Part shown: positions 49,201-61,125 of the stretch, one piece after another
How the letters are laid out: the number at the start of each line of letters is the position of its first letter
How positions within the stretch are numbered: the first letter of the stretch is position 1
Source of the DNA: Anaeromyxobacter sp.
Lineage (GTDB): Bacteria > Myxococcota > Myxococcia > Myxococcales > Anaeromyxobacteraceae
Reading direction: 5' to 3'
DNA length: 64,000 bases
NCBI GenBank assembly: GCA_049840735.1
Contig: JASGJN010000022.1
Coordinates: 672,001 to 736,000 of the forward strand
The notes under the pieces: model-generated
What the model was told of the DNA's origin: nothing
The model's input: only the letters and a program-made list of their open reading frames with translations
The model's database searches: none
Made by a program: the position numbers and the translations under genes

Positions 49201-52200
49201 GTGCGCGTAGGCCACGAACCCGGCGCAGCGCTCGGCCGGATCCTGCGCCGCCAGGGCGCGCTCGGCGGCGGCCTGGGCCAGCGCGTGCGGATCGTCCGGC
49301 GCCGGGGGCGGCGGGGTGGGCGGTCCGGCCGGCGCCTCCGGGGCGGCCAGCGGATCGGCGAAGCGAGCCGTGGCGCCGGGCGGGAGCGCCACGTCGTCCG
49401 GCGCGGCCTCCTCCGGAGCGGCCCCGCGGCGCGGGCGCGAGCCGAGGAAGGGATCGACGAAGCGCGCCGTGGCGCCGGGCTGGGCCCGCTCGGCTGCGAG
49501 CGGCGCGGGCTGCGGCGGCGCTGCGGGCTCGGGCGCGGCGAGCGCGTCCAGCGGGGGCTCCGCCGGCTCGGGCGCGGCGAACGGGTCCTGCGGCGGCTCG
49601 GCCGGTTCGGGCGCGGCGAACGCGTCCAGTGGCGGCTCGGCGGGCTCGGGCGCGGCGACGCCTTCCACCGGGGCCTCGGCGGCCTCGCGCATCGCCTCGG
49701 CGAGCGGCTCGTCCGGCGCCTGGAACTCGTCCGGCGCGCCCTCGGCGGGCAGCTCCGGGGGCGGGGTGGGGACGGCCGCCAGGACGGGCTCCGGCTCCAC
49801 CTCCAGGCCGCCGCGCACCAGCGCCGAGCGCGCCCGGGCCGTCTCGCCCACCGCCTCCAGCGCGGCGGCGGCGCGCCGGCCCAGGTCGGCCAGCGCCTCC
49901 GGCTGGCCGGATTCGCCGGCGCGCAGGTCCAGCAGCGCGTCCAGGACCTCGGCCGCGTCTCGGCCAGGATCGCCCCAGCGCGCGGCCAGCTCGGAGCCGT
50001 CGTCCAGCGCGGCCCGCCACTCTGCGGGCAGCCCCAGCGCCACCGCGCGCTCGGCGCGGGAGCGCGCCGCGGCCAGGGCCAGGGGGCCGTCGCCGCGCGC
50101 GTCGTGGGCGGCCGCCAGCGCGGCCCAGGCGTGGCCGGCGCGGTCGTCCTCCGGCGCCAGCACCAGCGCCTTCTCGAGGTGGAGCAGCGTCTCCTCGTGC
50201 CGGCCGTCGGCGGCCGCGGCCAGGCCCAGCCGGTAGCGGGCCGGGGCCTCGGCGGAGGCGGCCACCTCGCCAGGCGCGTCGGCCGCGCGCGCCACCAGCC
50301 GCGCGTCGATGGCCCCCGCCGCGGCGTCGCCGCGGCTCTCGGCCAGGCAGGCGGCCAGCCCGGCCAGCGCGGCGGGGTCGTGCGGATCGAGGGCCAGGGC
50401 GGCCTGGTAGGCGGCGATGGCCCGCTCCGGCTTGTCGAAGGAGGCCAGCGCGTCGGCGCGGGCGCGGTGGCAGGCGGCGGCCTCGCGCGGCACCGCCCCG
50501 GCGCGGGTGGCCAGCACCGCGTCGATCCGGTCCACGTCGGTCACCGCGTCGCCCAGCACCGCCACGAAGGCGGTGTCGTCGGCAGGCCAGGCCTCGAAGG
50601 CGTGGCGCAGCGCGGTCCGGGCGCCGGCCTCGTCGCCGGCGGCGAGCAGCGCGCGGGCGGCCTGGTGCAGCCGCGCGGCGCGGGCCTCGCCGGTCAGCGG
50701 CTCGGCGCGGGAGAGGTGCAGCTGGGCCAGCTTGCGCGGCTCGCCGGCCAGCAGGCCGGCCAGCGCCGTGGCCACCTCCTCGTCGCCCGGGTCGCCGGCG
50801 AGCGAGGCCTGCAGGTGGGGCGCCGCCTCGGCGCCGCGGCCCTGCTGGACCAGGAACAGCCCTGCGGCGCGGCGCGCCGCCAGGTCGGAGGGATTGGCCG
50901 CGGCCACCGCCACCCAGGTGTCGGCGGCCAGCGCGTGATCGGCGGGATCCTCGGAGGCCCGCAGGGCGGCGGCGGCTTCGCGGCGGACCGCGACCGCCTC
51001 CTCCGGCGGGAGCTGCCCAGCGCGGGCCAGCAGCAGCCGGCCCCGCTCGGCGGGGCGCCCCAGCTCGCCCAGCACCGCGGCCAGCGCGTCGGCCGCCTCG
51101 CCGCTCTCCGGATCCTCCGAGAGCGCGCGGGACAGCTCCGCCTCGGCGGCGGCCAGGTCGCCGGCCTCGCGCCGCACGCCGGCCAGCGACACCCGCACCG
51201 CGGCCCGGTCCGGCCCCGGCTCGGCCGCGGCCAGCTTGCGCCCCAGCAGCTCCAGCAGGATGGCGGTGCCGTCCGGCCCCATGGCGCGGGCGATGGCCTC
51301 CAGCAGCGCGGCGGCCTCGGCGTCGGTGGGCTCCAGCGCCAGGGCGCGCTGCAGGGCCTCGGCGGCCTCGGGCAGCGCGCCGGCCCAGGCGTGCAGCTCG
51401 CCCGCCTCGCGGGCGTGGCCGGCGGCGGCGGAGCGGTCGTCGTCCTCCAGCGCCAGCCGCTCCAGCATGTCCACGTGGGCGGCGGCGGAGGCCAGCTGGC
51501 CGCGGTCGCGGGCGCGCGCGGCGGCGTCGGCCAGCAGCGCCTTGGCCTCCTCGCGGTCGCCGCGGTCGAGGGCGCTCTGCGCGGCCTCGTCGAGGGCCTC
51601 GGCCAGCAGGAAGGAGCGCTGGCCCTCGGCGGCGCGGAAGGCGTCCACGCGCCGCCGGGCCACCTGCGCGGCGCGGGCCGGCAGGCGGCGGGCGGCGTCG
51701 CGGGCGCGCCGGAACAGCGCGTCGGCCAGCGGCGCGTCGGCGATCTCGCCCAGGGCCGCCTCGGCGGCGGCGGCCAGCGCCTCGGCGCGGCGGGCGGCGG
51801 AGCGGCAGAGGTCCGCCTGGGCGGCCAGGTCGCGGGCGGCGCGCCCGCGGTCGGGATTCGAGCGCGAAGCGGCGCAGGGCCGCGTCCATGTCGGAGGGGC
51901 GCAGCGAGAGCAGCTCCTCCAGCGCGGCGCGCGCGAGGTCCAGGTCGCCCCAGTCCTCGGCCAGCTCGGCCAGCTGGCGGGAGACGGTGAGCGCGTCCTC
52001 CGGCGCCAGCTTCGAGAGCCCCTCCTCGAAGAGGCGGCGGTGCAGCACCAGCGCCTCGGCCGCGGAGCCGCCCACGTACAGGATGCGGGCCAGCAGCGGG
52101 CCGGCGAAGGCGAGGTCGTCGCGGGTGCGGGCGTAGGCGCGCCGGGCGCAGCGGAGCGCGCCCCCCAGGTCGCCGGCCGCGAGCGCCAGGGCCGCGCCGG

Positions 52201-55200
52201 CGCGCAGCGCGTGGGCGGCGTGGTCCGGCGGCACGCCCTCGCGGCGCGCGAACAGCTCGAGCGGCTCGGCGGCGGAGGCGCCGGGCAGGTGGGCGCGCCG
52301 GTGGAGCGCGTGGGCCTCGGCCAGGCGGCGATCGGGCGGCAGCGCCGCCAGCGCGTCGCGGTAGGCCAGGTCGGCCTCCGCGTGGCGCTCCAGCGAGGCC
52401 AGGAGCCGCGCCTGCTCCAGCAGCCGCGGGCCGCGCTGCGCCGGGAGCCGCTCGGCCAGCTCCCCCAGCCGCTCCGCCACCGCGGCCCGATCGCCGGCCG
52501 CCTCGGCGGCGGTCAGCGAGGCCTCGATGGCCTCCGGATCGCGCGGGGCCAGGGTGCGGGCCTCGTCGGCCGCCGCGCGGGCCGCGGCCGGGTCGCCGGC
52601 GGCCAGCGCCAGGGCCGAGAGGCGCAGCAGCGCGGCCGGGCGTCCGCCGGTGGGCAGCAGCGGGACCAGCGGGGCCAGGACCTCGCGCTCCGCGGCGGCG
52701 TCGCCGGCGGCGCGGGCCAGGTCGACCAGCGCGGTGCGGACCGCCCGCGACCACTCGCGCCCGGGGGCGGCCTCCAGCGCCGCGGCCAGCGCCTGGCGCG
52801 CGCCGGGCCGCCCGGCGGACAGCGCCGCCAGCGCGGCCTCCGCCAGCCGGTCGCCGGCGTCCGGCTCGCCGCGCTCTGCCGCGCGCGCGGCGCGGGCCTG
52901 CAGCGCCTCGGCGGCGCCCGCGGCGTCGCCGGCCCGGCCCGCCAGCTCGGCGCGCAGCTCCAGCGCCGCGTCGTCCTCCGGCGCCCGGGCCGCGGCCTCG
53001 CGCAGCGCGTCCAGGGCCTCGGCGTGCCGTCCCTCCGCGGAGAGCAGCTGGGCGCGCTGGCGGTGCGCGGCGGCGGCGGCCTCGGCTGGCGCGCCGGGGT
53101 GGGCCCCCAGCCGCGCCAGGAGCTCGGCGCGGCGCGCCGCCGGCACGGCCGCGGCGCGCCCGGGGGCGCACAGCGCGCGCAGCGCCGGCAGCGAGGCCGG
53201 GTCGTGCTCCAGGGCCTCCTCCAGCAGCGCCACCGCGCCGACCTCGTCGCCGCCGCCGGCCAGGAGCGCGGCCCGCTCCAGCCGGACCGCGACCGCGTCG
53301 GTGCCGCGGGCCACCGCCCGGCGCAGGTCCAGCACCTCCGCCAGCGCCGGCCGGTCGCCGGCGACGCGGTGGAGCGCGGCCAGGCGGGCCAGGGCGCCGT
53401 CGTCGTCCTGGACCAGCCCGCAGTAGGCGCTCAGGTGGCGGCGGGCGGCGTCGCCGTCGCCCAGCGCCGCGGCGCAGCCGGCGGCCAGCGCCAGCAGCGC
53501 GGGGCGCTCGGCCGGCTCGAGCTCGCCGGCCAGCGCGGCCTCGGCGTCGCCCAGGGCGGCGCGCGGATCCTGCCCGGCTCGCGCGGCGGCGCGGCGGGCG
53601 CGGGCCGGGGCGTGGCCGGGGTCGCAGGCCACCGCCACGTCCAATGCGCCGGGGTCGGGGTCGAGCGCGTGGGCGCGGCAGGCCAGCAGCGCCCCCTCGC
53701 GCCCGCCGGCGCGCCGGGCCTGGCGCAGCAGCGCGGTGGCCGCGCCCCGGGCGTCGCCGCCCGCCAGCCGCAGCTCGGCCAGCCGCGGCAGCGCGGCCGC
53801 GGCCAGCGCCTCGTCGTCGGCGGCGTGCTCGAAGGTGGCCAGCGCGCGATCGCCGTCGCCGGCCGCCAGCCACAGCTCGGCCGCCTCCAGCGGGCGGCCC
53901 ACCCGCTCCAGCAGCGCGGCGGCCTCGGCGGCGCGCCCCAGCTCCTGCAGCAGGGCCGCCGCCTCGGCGGGGTGGGCCAGGCCGGAGAGCAGCGCGCCGC
54001 GGTCGGCGGCGCCGGCCAGCAGCTCGGTCAGCAGCGCCCCCGCCTCCGGGCTGCGCGCCGCCACCGCCCGCTCGGCGTGCTCCAGCGCGGCGGCGGGCTC
54101 TCCCGCGGCCAGCGCCGCCCGGGCGGCCCGGACCTCCAGCGCGGGGGCCTCGCCCGCCGGCGCGCCGGCCAGCAGCGCCCGCAGCGAGCCCAGCGCCAGG
54201 CGCGGGTCCCCGGCCGCCTCGGCCAGCTCGGCCTGGGCGCGCAGCACCTCCGCATCGCCCGGCGCCGCCGCGCGGGCCTCGGCCAGCGCGGCCAGCGCGC
54301 CCTGGGCGTCGGACGGCGCCAGCAGCCGCGCCCGCTCCAGCCAGGCCGCGGCCGCCGCCGGCGCGTCGCCGCCCGCCGCCGCGCCCGCCGCCACCTCGAT
54401 GAGGAGCGCCGCCACCGCGGCGCCGTCGCCGGCGCGGCGGCAGAGCCGCAGCTCCGCCTCCAGCCGCTCGCGGGTGGGCTCGGCCTCGCGGGCCAGCCGC
54501 GCGGCGCGCGCGGCGCCGGCCAGGTCGCCGGCCCGCTCGCCGGCCACGGCGATCCGGTCGTGCAGCGCGGCCACCTCGGCCGGCGCGGCGGCGCCCGGCA
54601 GGAGCCGCAGCAGCGCGTCCCGCTCGGCCAGGCCGTCGCCGCGCGCGCCGGCGATGGCCGCCAGCCCCAGCAGCGCGGTCCGGCTCTCCGGCGCGTGGCC
54701 CAGCGCGGCGGCGAACCGGCGCTGCGCCTCGTCCGGCCGCCCGGCGGCCAGCAGCGCCTCGCCGGCCTCGGCCAGCAGCGCGGCGGCCTCCTCCGGCCCG
54801 GCCGCCAGCGGGGCCAGCCGGTCCAGCGCCGCGGCCAGCCCGGCGTGGCGCCCCAGCGTCCGCTCCAGCCCGGCCAGCCGCTGCAGCAGCGCCGCGTCCG
54901 CCGGCGTGGCCGCCGCGGCCGCCTCCAGGTGCGCGGCGGCGGCGGCCGGATCGGCCAGCCGGCGCTCGGCCACGTCGGCCAGGGCCACGCGGGTGCGGGC
55001 GGTGAGCGCCGCGGCGCCGGGCGCGGCCGGATCGAGCGAGGCCAGCACAGCGGCGTGGTGGTCGGCCGCCTCCTGCCACTGGCCCAGCCGCTCGGCCGCG
55101 GCGGCGGCGCGGGCGTGGACGTCGGCGGTGGGAGCCAGCTCGGCCGCCTCGCGGTAGCGGAGCAGCGCGTTCTCCGGGTGGGCCAGCGGCCCCTCCCAGA

Positions 55201-56701
55201 GCGCGGCGGCCTCCAGCGCGGCGGCGGCGGCGGCCGGGCGGTGGCCGCGCGCCACGTGCAGCGCCTTGAGCCGGTCCAGCGCGCGCACCGCGCGGAGCCC
55301 CTCTCCGGCCACCGCGCAGGCGCGGGCCAGCGCGGCCAGCGCGCCGGGGTCCTCGGGGGCCAGGCGCAGCGCCTGGTCCAGGTGCAGCCGGGCCGCGGGC
55401 GGGTCGGCGTGGAGCAGCAGCTCGCCCAGCTCGGCGTGGGCCCGGGCCTTCTCGGCGTCGTCCGGGTCGTAGGCCACGATGCGGCGGTCGGCGCGGAGCA
55501 GCGCCTCGCGGTCGCCGGCGGCGGAGGCCAGCGCGCGCAGGGCGCGCAGGGCCGGGACGTGATCGCGGCGCTGGGCCAGGGCCAGCTCCACCGCGCGCGT
55601 GGCGTCCTCGCGGGCCGCGCCGGGCAGGGCGAAGGCGGCCTCGGCGGCGGCCAGCGCGGTGAAGGCCTCGCCGCGCTCCGAGGCTCCCTGGGCCAGGCCG
55701 GCCAGCGCGCGGGCGGCGCGGGCCTCCTCGCCGCGGGCCAGCCGCACCAGCGCCTCGGCCATCAGCGAGGGCGCGAAGCCCGGGCGGCGGTTGAGCCAGT
55801 CGGCGGCCAGGTCCAGCGCCTCGTCGTGGAACCGCTCCTCCAGCGCCAGCAGCGAGAGGAGCCGCTCGGCGGCGAAGGGGTGGGCGGCGGCGGCGGGGCC
55901 GGCCTCCAGCAGGAGCTCGCGGGCGCGGTCGGTGTCGCCCGCGGCCAGCGCGGCCTCGGCGGCGGCGAAGGTGCGGGTGCCCTCCTCGGCCGCCAGCAGG
56001 TCGGCGTCGGCGGAGACCTCCACCGGGCCGGCGGCGCCGGTGGTCCAGGCCAGCACCGCCTGGCCGGCGGTGATCTGCGCCCGCGCCAGGCGCACCCCGG
56101 CGCCGCGCGGCAGCTTCCAGCCCCGCGGCGCCAGCACCTGCCGGAGCAGCGGCGCGATGGGATCGGCCTGCCAGGCGTCCGCGCCCAGCGCGGCGACCGC
56201 CCTGGCCGCGAGGTGCGGGAGCGCGGCGGCCGGGAGCGGCGCGGGGCCCAGCAGGCGCGGCGAGTGGAACAGGAGCCGGACGCCGTTCTCGCCCTCGCCG
56301 GCCAGCAGCCCGGCCTTGAGCGAGAACGCGGGCCCGGCCACCAGCCGCCCGGCCAGCTCGGCGAACCCCTCGCGCAGCGCCACGCGCAGGTCGGCCACGC
56401 CCAGCGCCGCCAGCGGCGCCCGGGCCGCGGCGCCCTCCAGCAGCGCGGGGCCGGCGGTGACGCGCAGCTCGGTCAGATCGCTGAGCCGGTGACGGAACTG
56501 CGCCGCGCCCTGGCCGGCGTCGAACGGGAGCTTCACGTCCGGTACGCGCAGCGAGAGGACCTGGAGCTGGAGGCCGGGGCTGATCTCCCGGTCCGCGAGG
56601 CGCACGGAGGCCCCGCCGCGCTCCAGGCGCAGCTCGAACCCCGTCCCGCTCCTGGGTGGCGTCGCCGGAGGGGCGGAGGCGGTCTTGTTCACCTCCGCCA
56701 T
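46210..56701 (-). CDS. Giant (~3,500 aa) Ala-rich TPR/helical-repeat protein with Pro/Glu linkers; frameshift near 51857
   Basis: ORF 48560..56701 frame (to ...RRFALE) joins the ORF 46210..51663 frame; recurrent TPR-like ALALDP/ALRLAP motifs. Confidence 0.8.
49515..49675 (-). repeat. Intragenic 39-bp (13-aa) tandem repeat, about 4 copies
   Basis: AAPEPAEPPLDAF / AAPEPAEPPQDPF / AAPEPAEPPLDAL / AAPEPAAPPQ. Confidence 0.8.
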
Positions 56702-56944
56702 GGGGGCGAATTCTACCGGAGGACCGGGAGGTTCGCGAATCGCCGCCCGCGGCCCGGGCCCGGCTGGCCGGGGCTGGGGTGGGAGCGGCGCTTACGTCGC
56801 ACGCCGTCGCGGCGGCCGCCGGTGCCGCACCGCTCCGGCGGCAGCGATATCGAGTCGGGGGAGCGTGGGGCAGGGGTCGCCCGACCGTCGGGTATTCCCG
56901 GGTGCGCTGGCCGCGCCGGCGGGCAGGCCGCCCCGAAGAGCGGA

Positions 56945-56973
56945 GGGCCCGAGGCGTTCGACGCCCCGGGCCC
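56945..56973. terminator. GC-rich stem-loop downstream of the S41 peptidase
   Basis: GGGCCCG-AGGCGT-TCG-ACGCCC-CGGGCCC; no clear U-tract. Confidence 0.35.
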
Positions 56974-56998
56974 AGGTCTGCAGCGAGCGGCTGCCCGC

Positions 56999-59900
56999 TT
57001 ACGGCGTCGCCGCCGCCGATCCCTTGGCCCGGCCGTCCTGGGCCACCGTCGAGGGCGGCCGGCGGTAGAGCACGAAGGCGCGGCGGGAGAAGAAGTCCTC
57101 GTCCAGGCGGGCGAAGACCACCACCGTGTTCATGCCGGCCTTGAGCGGCAGGTCGGTGCTGAACTCGATCCGCTGTGCGGTGGCGTCCTCCGGCTGGACC
57201 CGGAAGAAGACCTTCTGGTCGTTGACCATCACGTAGAGGTCGCGGAGGCGGGCCTGCGGGTCGGCGGAGGGCGGCAGCTCGGCGGCGCCCGAGAGCTTCC
57301 AGGTGTCCGCCTCGACGATGGGCAGCCCGCGCGCCGGGTCGGGCGCGAGCGTGATGCGCGGCGGCTCGCGCTGCCAGGCGGGCTCGGCGGCGCCGGGGCG
57401 GGCGGTGGCGGCGGCCGGCTTCACGGCGGCGGCCGGGACGAAGCCGAACCTGCCCTTGCCCCAGTCCACCCGGACCAGGTCGCCGGCGTGGCCGCTGACG
57501 GCCAGGACGGCGCCGCGGGCGGCGGTGGCCACCACCGGCGCGTCCAGGCTGGCGGCCGCGCGCACCGGCAGGCTCGCGCCCTCCACCCGGACGGCGCCGG
57601 TGGCCGGGGTGACCCGGGGGGGCTTCTTCGCGGCGGGGAGGTCCAGCTTGTCCTGGGAGAGCTCGACCATCTCGCCGTCCACCACCGCCACCTGCACCGG
57701 CAGCTCCTTGAGCGTGCCGTCGCGGAGCGAGACCTCCATGGTGGTGGACCTGCTCTCGCCCGGCTTCAGCGTGCCGACGACGTCGCGCCCCTTGTCGATG
57801 AAGAGCTTCTCGTCGCCAAGGTTCTTGAGCTGGACGTAGGTCTTGGCGCCGGACGGGCCGGTGCCGACGTTGTGCACGTCCACGCGCACCGTGAACGACT
57901 CCTTCGGCTGCGGGATGCCGTCGCCGTTGCCGCCGGTCCGGTCGTCCACCTGCACGCTGAAGGCGAAGGCCGGGCGGGCCAGCTCCTCGACGCCCAGCGA
58001 GGCGACCAGGTCGGGCGGCGCCTTGCCGCCGTCGTCGTCGAAGTGGAAGGTGACCTCGTCACGGCGCGTGAAGGAGCCCTTGGGCACCTTCACCGGCACG
58101 TTCCAGCTGCGCCGCTCGCCGGGGCGGACGGCGCCGAAGACGAACTCGCGCCGGTCCAGCTGCGCGTTGTTCTCGGAGGAGGACCAGGCCCGCAGCCGGT
58201 GGAAGGGGGCGTTCCCCTTGTTCTCCACGGTGAGCGTCCAGTTCATGGTCTCGCCGGCCTCCACGGTGCGCGCCTCCGGCGGCGTCCAGGTCACCACCGC
58301 GCGCGGCGTGCCGGCCTCGGCCTTCCCCGGGCTCCAGTCCACGCCCAGCTCGCGCAGCCGCTGCTCGATGCGGGCCTTCTCCTGGTCGGAGCGCTCCGCC
58401 ACCAGCTTCTCCGCCGCCTTGAGCAGCCGCGGGCGGTCGACGGCCTGCGGGGCCTGGCGCAGCAGCTCGCCGGCGAACTTGATCTGGTAGTCCTCGACGA
58501 ACTGGTCCGGATCGGCCTCGCTCTCCTCGTCCTCCTGCTGCTCGGGCGTGATCTCCAGCGAGGCGTGATCGGCCGGCTGCCCGGCCGCGTCGCGGGCCTT
58601 GCCCTTCTCCGGCTTGTCCTCCAGCAGGTAGCGCAGCTCCAGCGCCGCCTGCTCGACGCGCTTGGGCCGCGGGGCGTCGGCGGTGGCGGAGGGGTTCGAG
58701 AGGTGGGCGTCGAGGTCCACCTCGCCGGTGGAGCGGGGCGGGGCGAAGTAGCTGATCTGCTCCTTCACGGCCCGGCCGGGCAGCAGCAGCACGTCGGGGG
58801 TGATGCCGGTTCTCCTGGATGGAGATGTCACCCGGCGTGAGGTACTGCGCGATGGTGAGCTTGAGCGCGGCCGGCTCGTCCCGCTTCTGCTGCAGGGCGG
58901 GGTACTCGTAGAGCACCTGCACCGAGCCCTTGCCGAAGGTCTGGCGGCCCACGATCAGCGCCCGGTTGTTGTTCTTGAGCGCGCCGGCCACGATCTCGGA
59001 GGCGGAGGCGGAGCCGTTGTTGACCAGCACCACCAGCGGCAGGTCGGTCCGGTCGGCGCGGTCCGGGTCGGCCTCGCGCACGTCGTTGATGCTCTGCGCG
59101 TGGCCCGAGCCGACCGTCTTCACGATCACGCCGCGGGAGATGAAGAGGTTGGAGACCTCGACCGCCTGCTCCAGCAGGCCACCGGGGTTGCCGCGCAGGT
59201 CGAGCACCAGCCCGGTGAGCTTCCCGCCCGCCTGGCTGGTCTGGGCGTTGATGGCCTGGTCGAGGTCGCGCGCCGTGGTGCCGGAGAACTGCGAGAGCCG
59301 GACGTAGCCCACGTTGCCGGGCAGCAGCTGGGCCTGCGAGACCGTCTCCACGTTGATCATGTCGCGGCGGATCCGGATGGGCCGCGGGTCGCCCTTGCCG
59401 GTCTGCACGACCAGGGTCACCGGCGTGTTGGGCGTGCCGCGCAGCCGGTCCACCGCGTCCTGCAGGTCCATGTTGACGGTGGACTGCTCCTCGATGCGCG
59501 TGATGACGTCGCGCGCCTTGATGCCGGCGCGCTGCGCGGGGGTGTTCTTCAGCACCTTCACGACGGTGAGCTTCCCGTCGCGCATGGTGATGACGAAGCC
59601 CACGCCGCCGAACTCGCCCCGCATCTGGAGCTTCATCTCCTTGTACTGCTTCGGCTCCATCATCACCGAGTGCGGATCGAGGGTCTGGAGCATGCCGTTG
59701 GCGGCGGCGTACTCCACGTCGCTCATGTCCTTGTGGGCCACCAGGTTCTGGCGGATGAACGCCATCGCCTCCTGGATGGGCTCCTGCATCGTGATGAGGC
59801 TGTCGCGCTCGACCCTGGAGATGTCGATCTCGCGCCGCGCCTTGCCGACCGTCAGCACCAGCCGGTCGGAGGTGTCGTCGCCGGTGACCATCACCTCGGC

Positions 59901-60224
59901 CACGGTCTTCTCCACCGCCTCGAGCGCCGCCACGACCATCTTCCGCGCGTCGAAGCGCGACCGGTCCACGTAGCTGTCGTGCACGCGCCAGAGCGCCGCC
60001 GAGAAGACGTTCAGCCCCGCGCCGTCGGTGCGGTACCAGGGCGGGCGCGCGCTGGGCCCGTCGTACGCGACCGGCCCCGCGGCGCGGACCCCGCCCGCGG
60101 GCGGCGCGGCCGGCGGCTGGGTGGGGGCCGCGGCGGCGTCGGCGTGCGCGAGGCTGACGGCGGCGCCGAGGGCGAGGGCGGCCGTGGCCGCCAGGATGGC
60201 GGACAGGCGGAACGGGCGGTTCAT
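56999..60224 (-). CDS. S41 carboxy-terminal processing protease (PDZ + S41 + long C-terminal Ig-like region), myxobacterial type; frameshift near 58810
   Basis: Signal peptide, LDPHS, GEFGGVG PDZ, LDLRGNPGG, SASASEIVAGAL, TFGKGSVQ, GITPDV in the shifted frame. Confidence 0.9.
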
Positions 60225-60277
60225 GAAGGGCCTGGGCTGGAGAGGGGAGCGCAAACCGAAAGACCTGTGTTCAACGG

Positions 60278-60306
60278 AGCTTAGGTTGCTGCCGGGAAGC
60301 GTGCAA
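60278..60306 (-). promoter_or_regulatory. Candidate sigma-70 promoter for the S41 peptidase
   Basis: Minus strand TTGCAC-N17-TAAGCT. Confidence 0.45.
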
Positions 60307-60396
60307 GCAGATCGGCCCGGCCAGGGAACAACAGCCAGCCGCGCCGGCTATGCCCGCCGGGTGCCCGCCCGCCCTGCCTGGAGCAGCCCGGAGAGC

Positions 60397-60909
60397 TCAG
60401 TCCTCGCGCTCATGGGAGGCCGGAGCCGGCGCAACCCCTTGCCCCGCCGGCGCTCCCGGCTCCAGGTAGGCGCGGATGGCGCCGTGCCCGTACACCAGCT
60501 CGCCACCCCGCTTCCCGGCCACGAACCCCAAGCCGGCCACCCCGACCGTGCCCAGCGTGGCCAGCAGCGCCACGCCCGCCGCCCACCTGGCCGGGACCGC
60601 CAGCGCCGCCACGGCCACCACCAGCACCGCCGCGGCGGTCCAGACGAAGGCCTCGGCCACCTCCTCGTGGGCCTCCACCGCCTGCTCGCCCACGACGCGC
60701 TCCACCCGCGCCGCCTCGCGCTCCCCGGCCGCCATGGCCGTGAAGCCGCCGCCCACCACCAGCAGCAGCAGCGCCACCACCACGCCGAAGGAGGTGCGCG
60801 GCAGGCGCCCGGCGCGGATGGCGAGGGTGAGGCCCACGGCGACCAAAGGCAGCGCGATGGCGACGCCCAGCGGCAGGTGGACCAGGGCGGGGTGCAGGGG
60901 AATGTTCAC
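60397..60909 (-). CDS. DUF2231-family membrane protein
   Basis: AAGGAGG RBS; LHPALVHLP, AH(EE), GGELVY.HG; 4 TM segments. Confidence 0.82.
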   Translation of the reverse strand: MNIPLHPALVHLPLGVAIALPLVAVGLTLAIRAGRLPRTSFGVVVALLLLVVGGGFTAMAAGEREAARVERVVGEQAVEAHEEVAEAFVWTAAAVLVVAVAALAVPARWAAGVALLATLGTVGVAGLGFVAGKRGGELVYGHGAIRAYLEPGAPAGQGVAPAPASHERED

Positions 60910-61125
60910 GGAAGGTCCTCCTTGCGAGCGCTGCGGGGTGCAGCAGCCGCGACGAGGCATGGCATGGGATGGCCCCGCTGTCTGCCCTGGCGTGGGCCTG
61001 GCCCCGCGGCCCCGCGGGGGAGGGGTGCAGGGCACCTGGGCGCAGGAGGGCGGACGGGGCGAACGGCCACGCGACGGCGGACAGGCTGGTCCCGGCCGAG
61101 GCGCGCAGGTAGATTCCGGCGCGCC

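Noticed and set aside
45505..58840. Very long plus-strand ORFs (45505..51990, 51236..58840) and similar antisense ORFs elsewhere
   Set aside because: Shadow ORFs of GC-rich minus-strand genes, with Arg/Gly/Ala/Pro-rich composition and no motifs.
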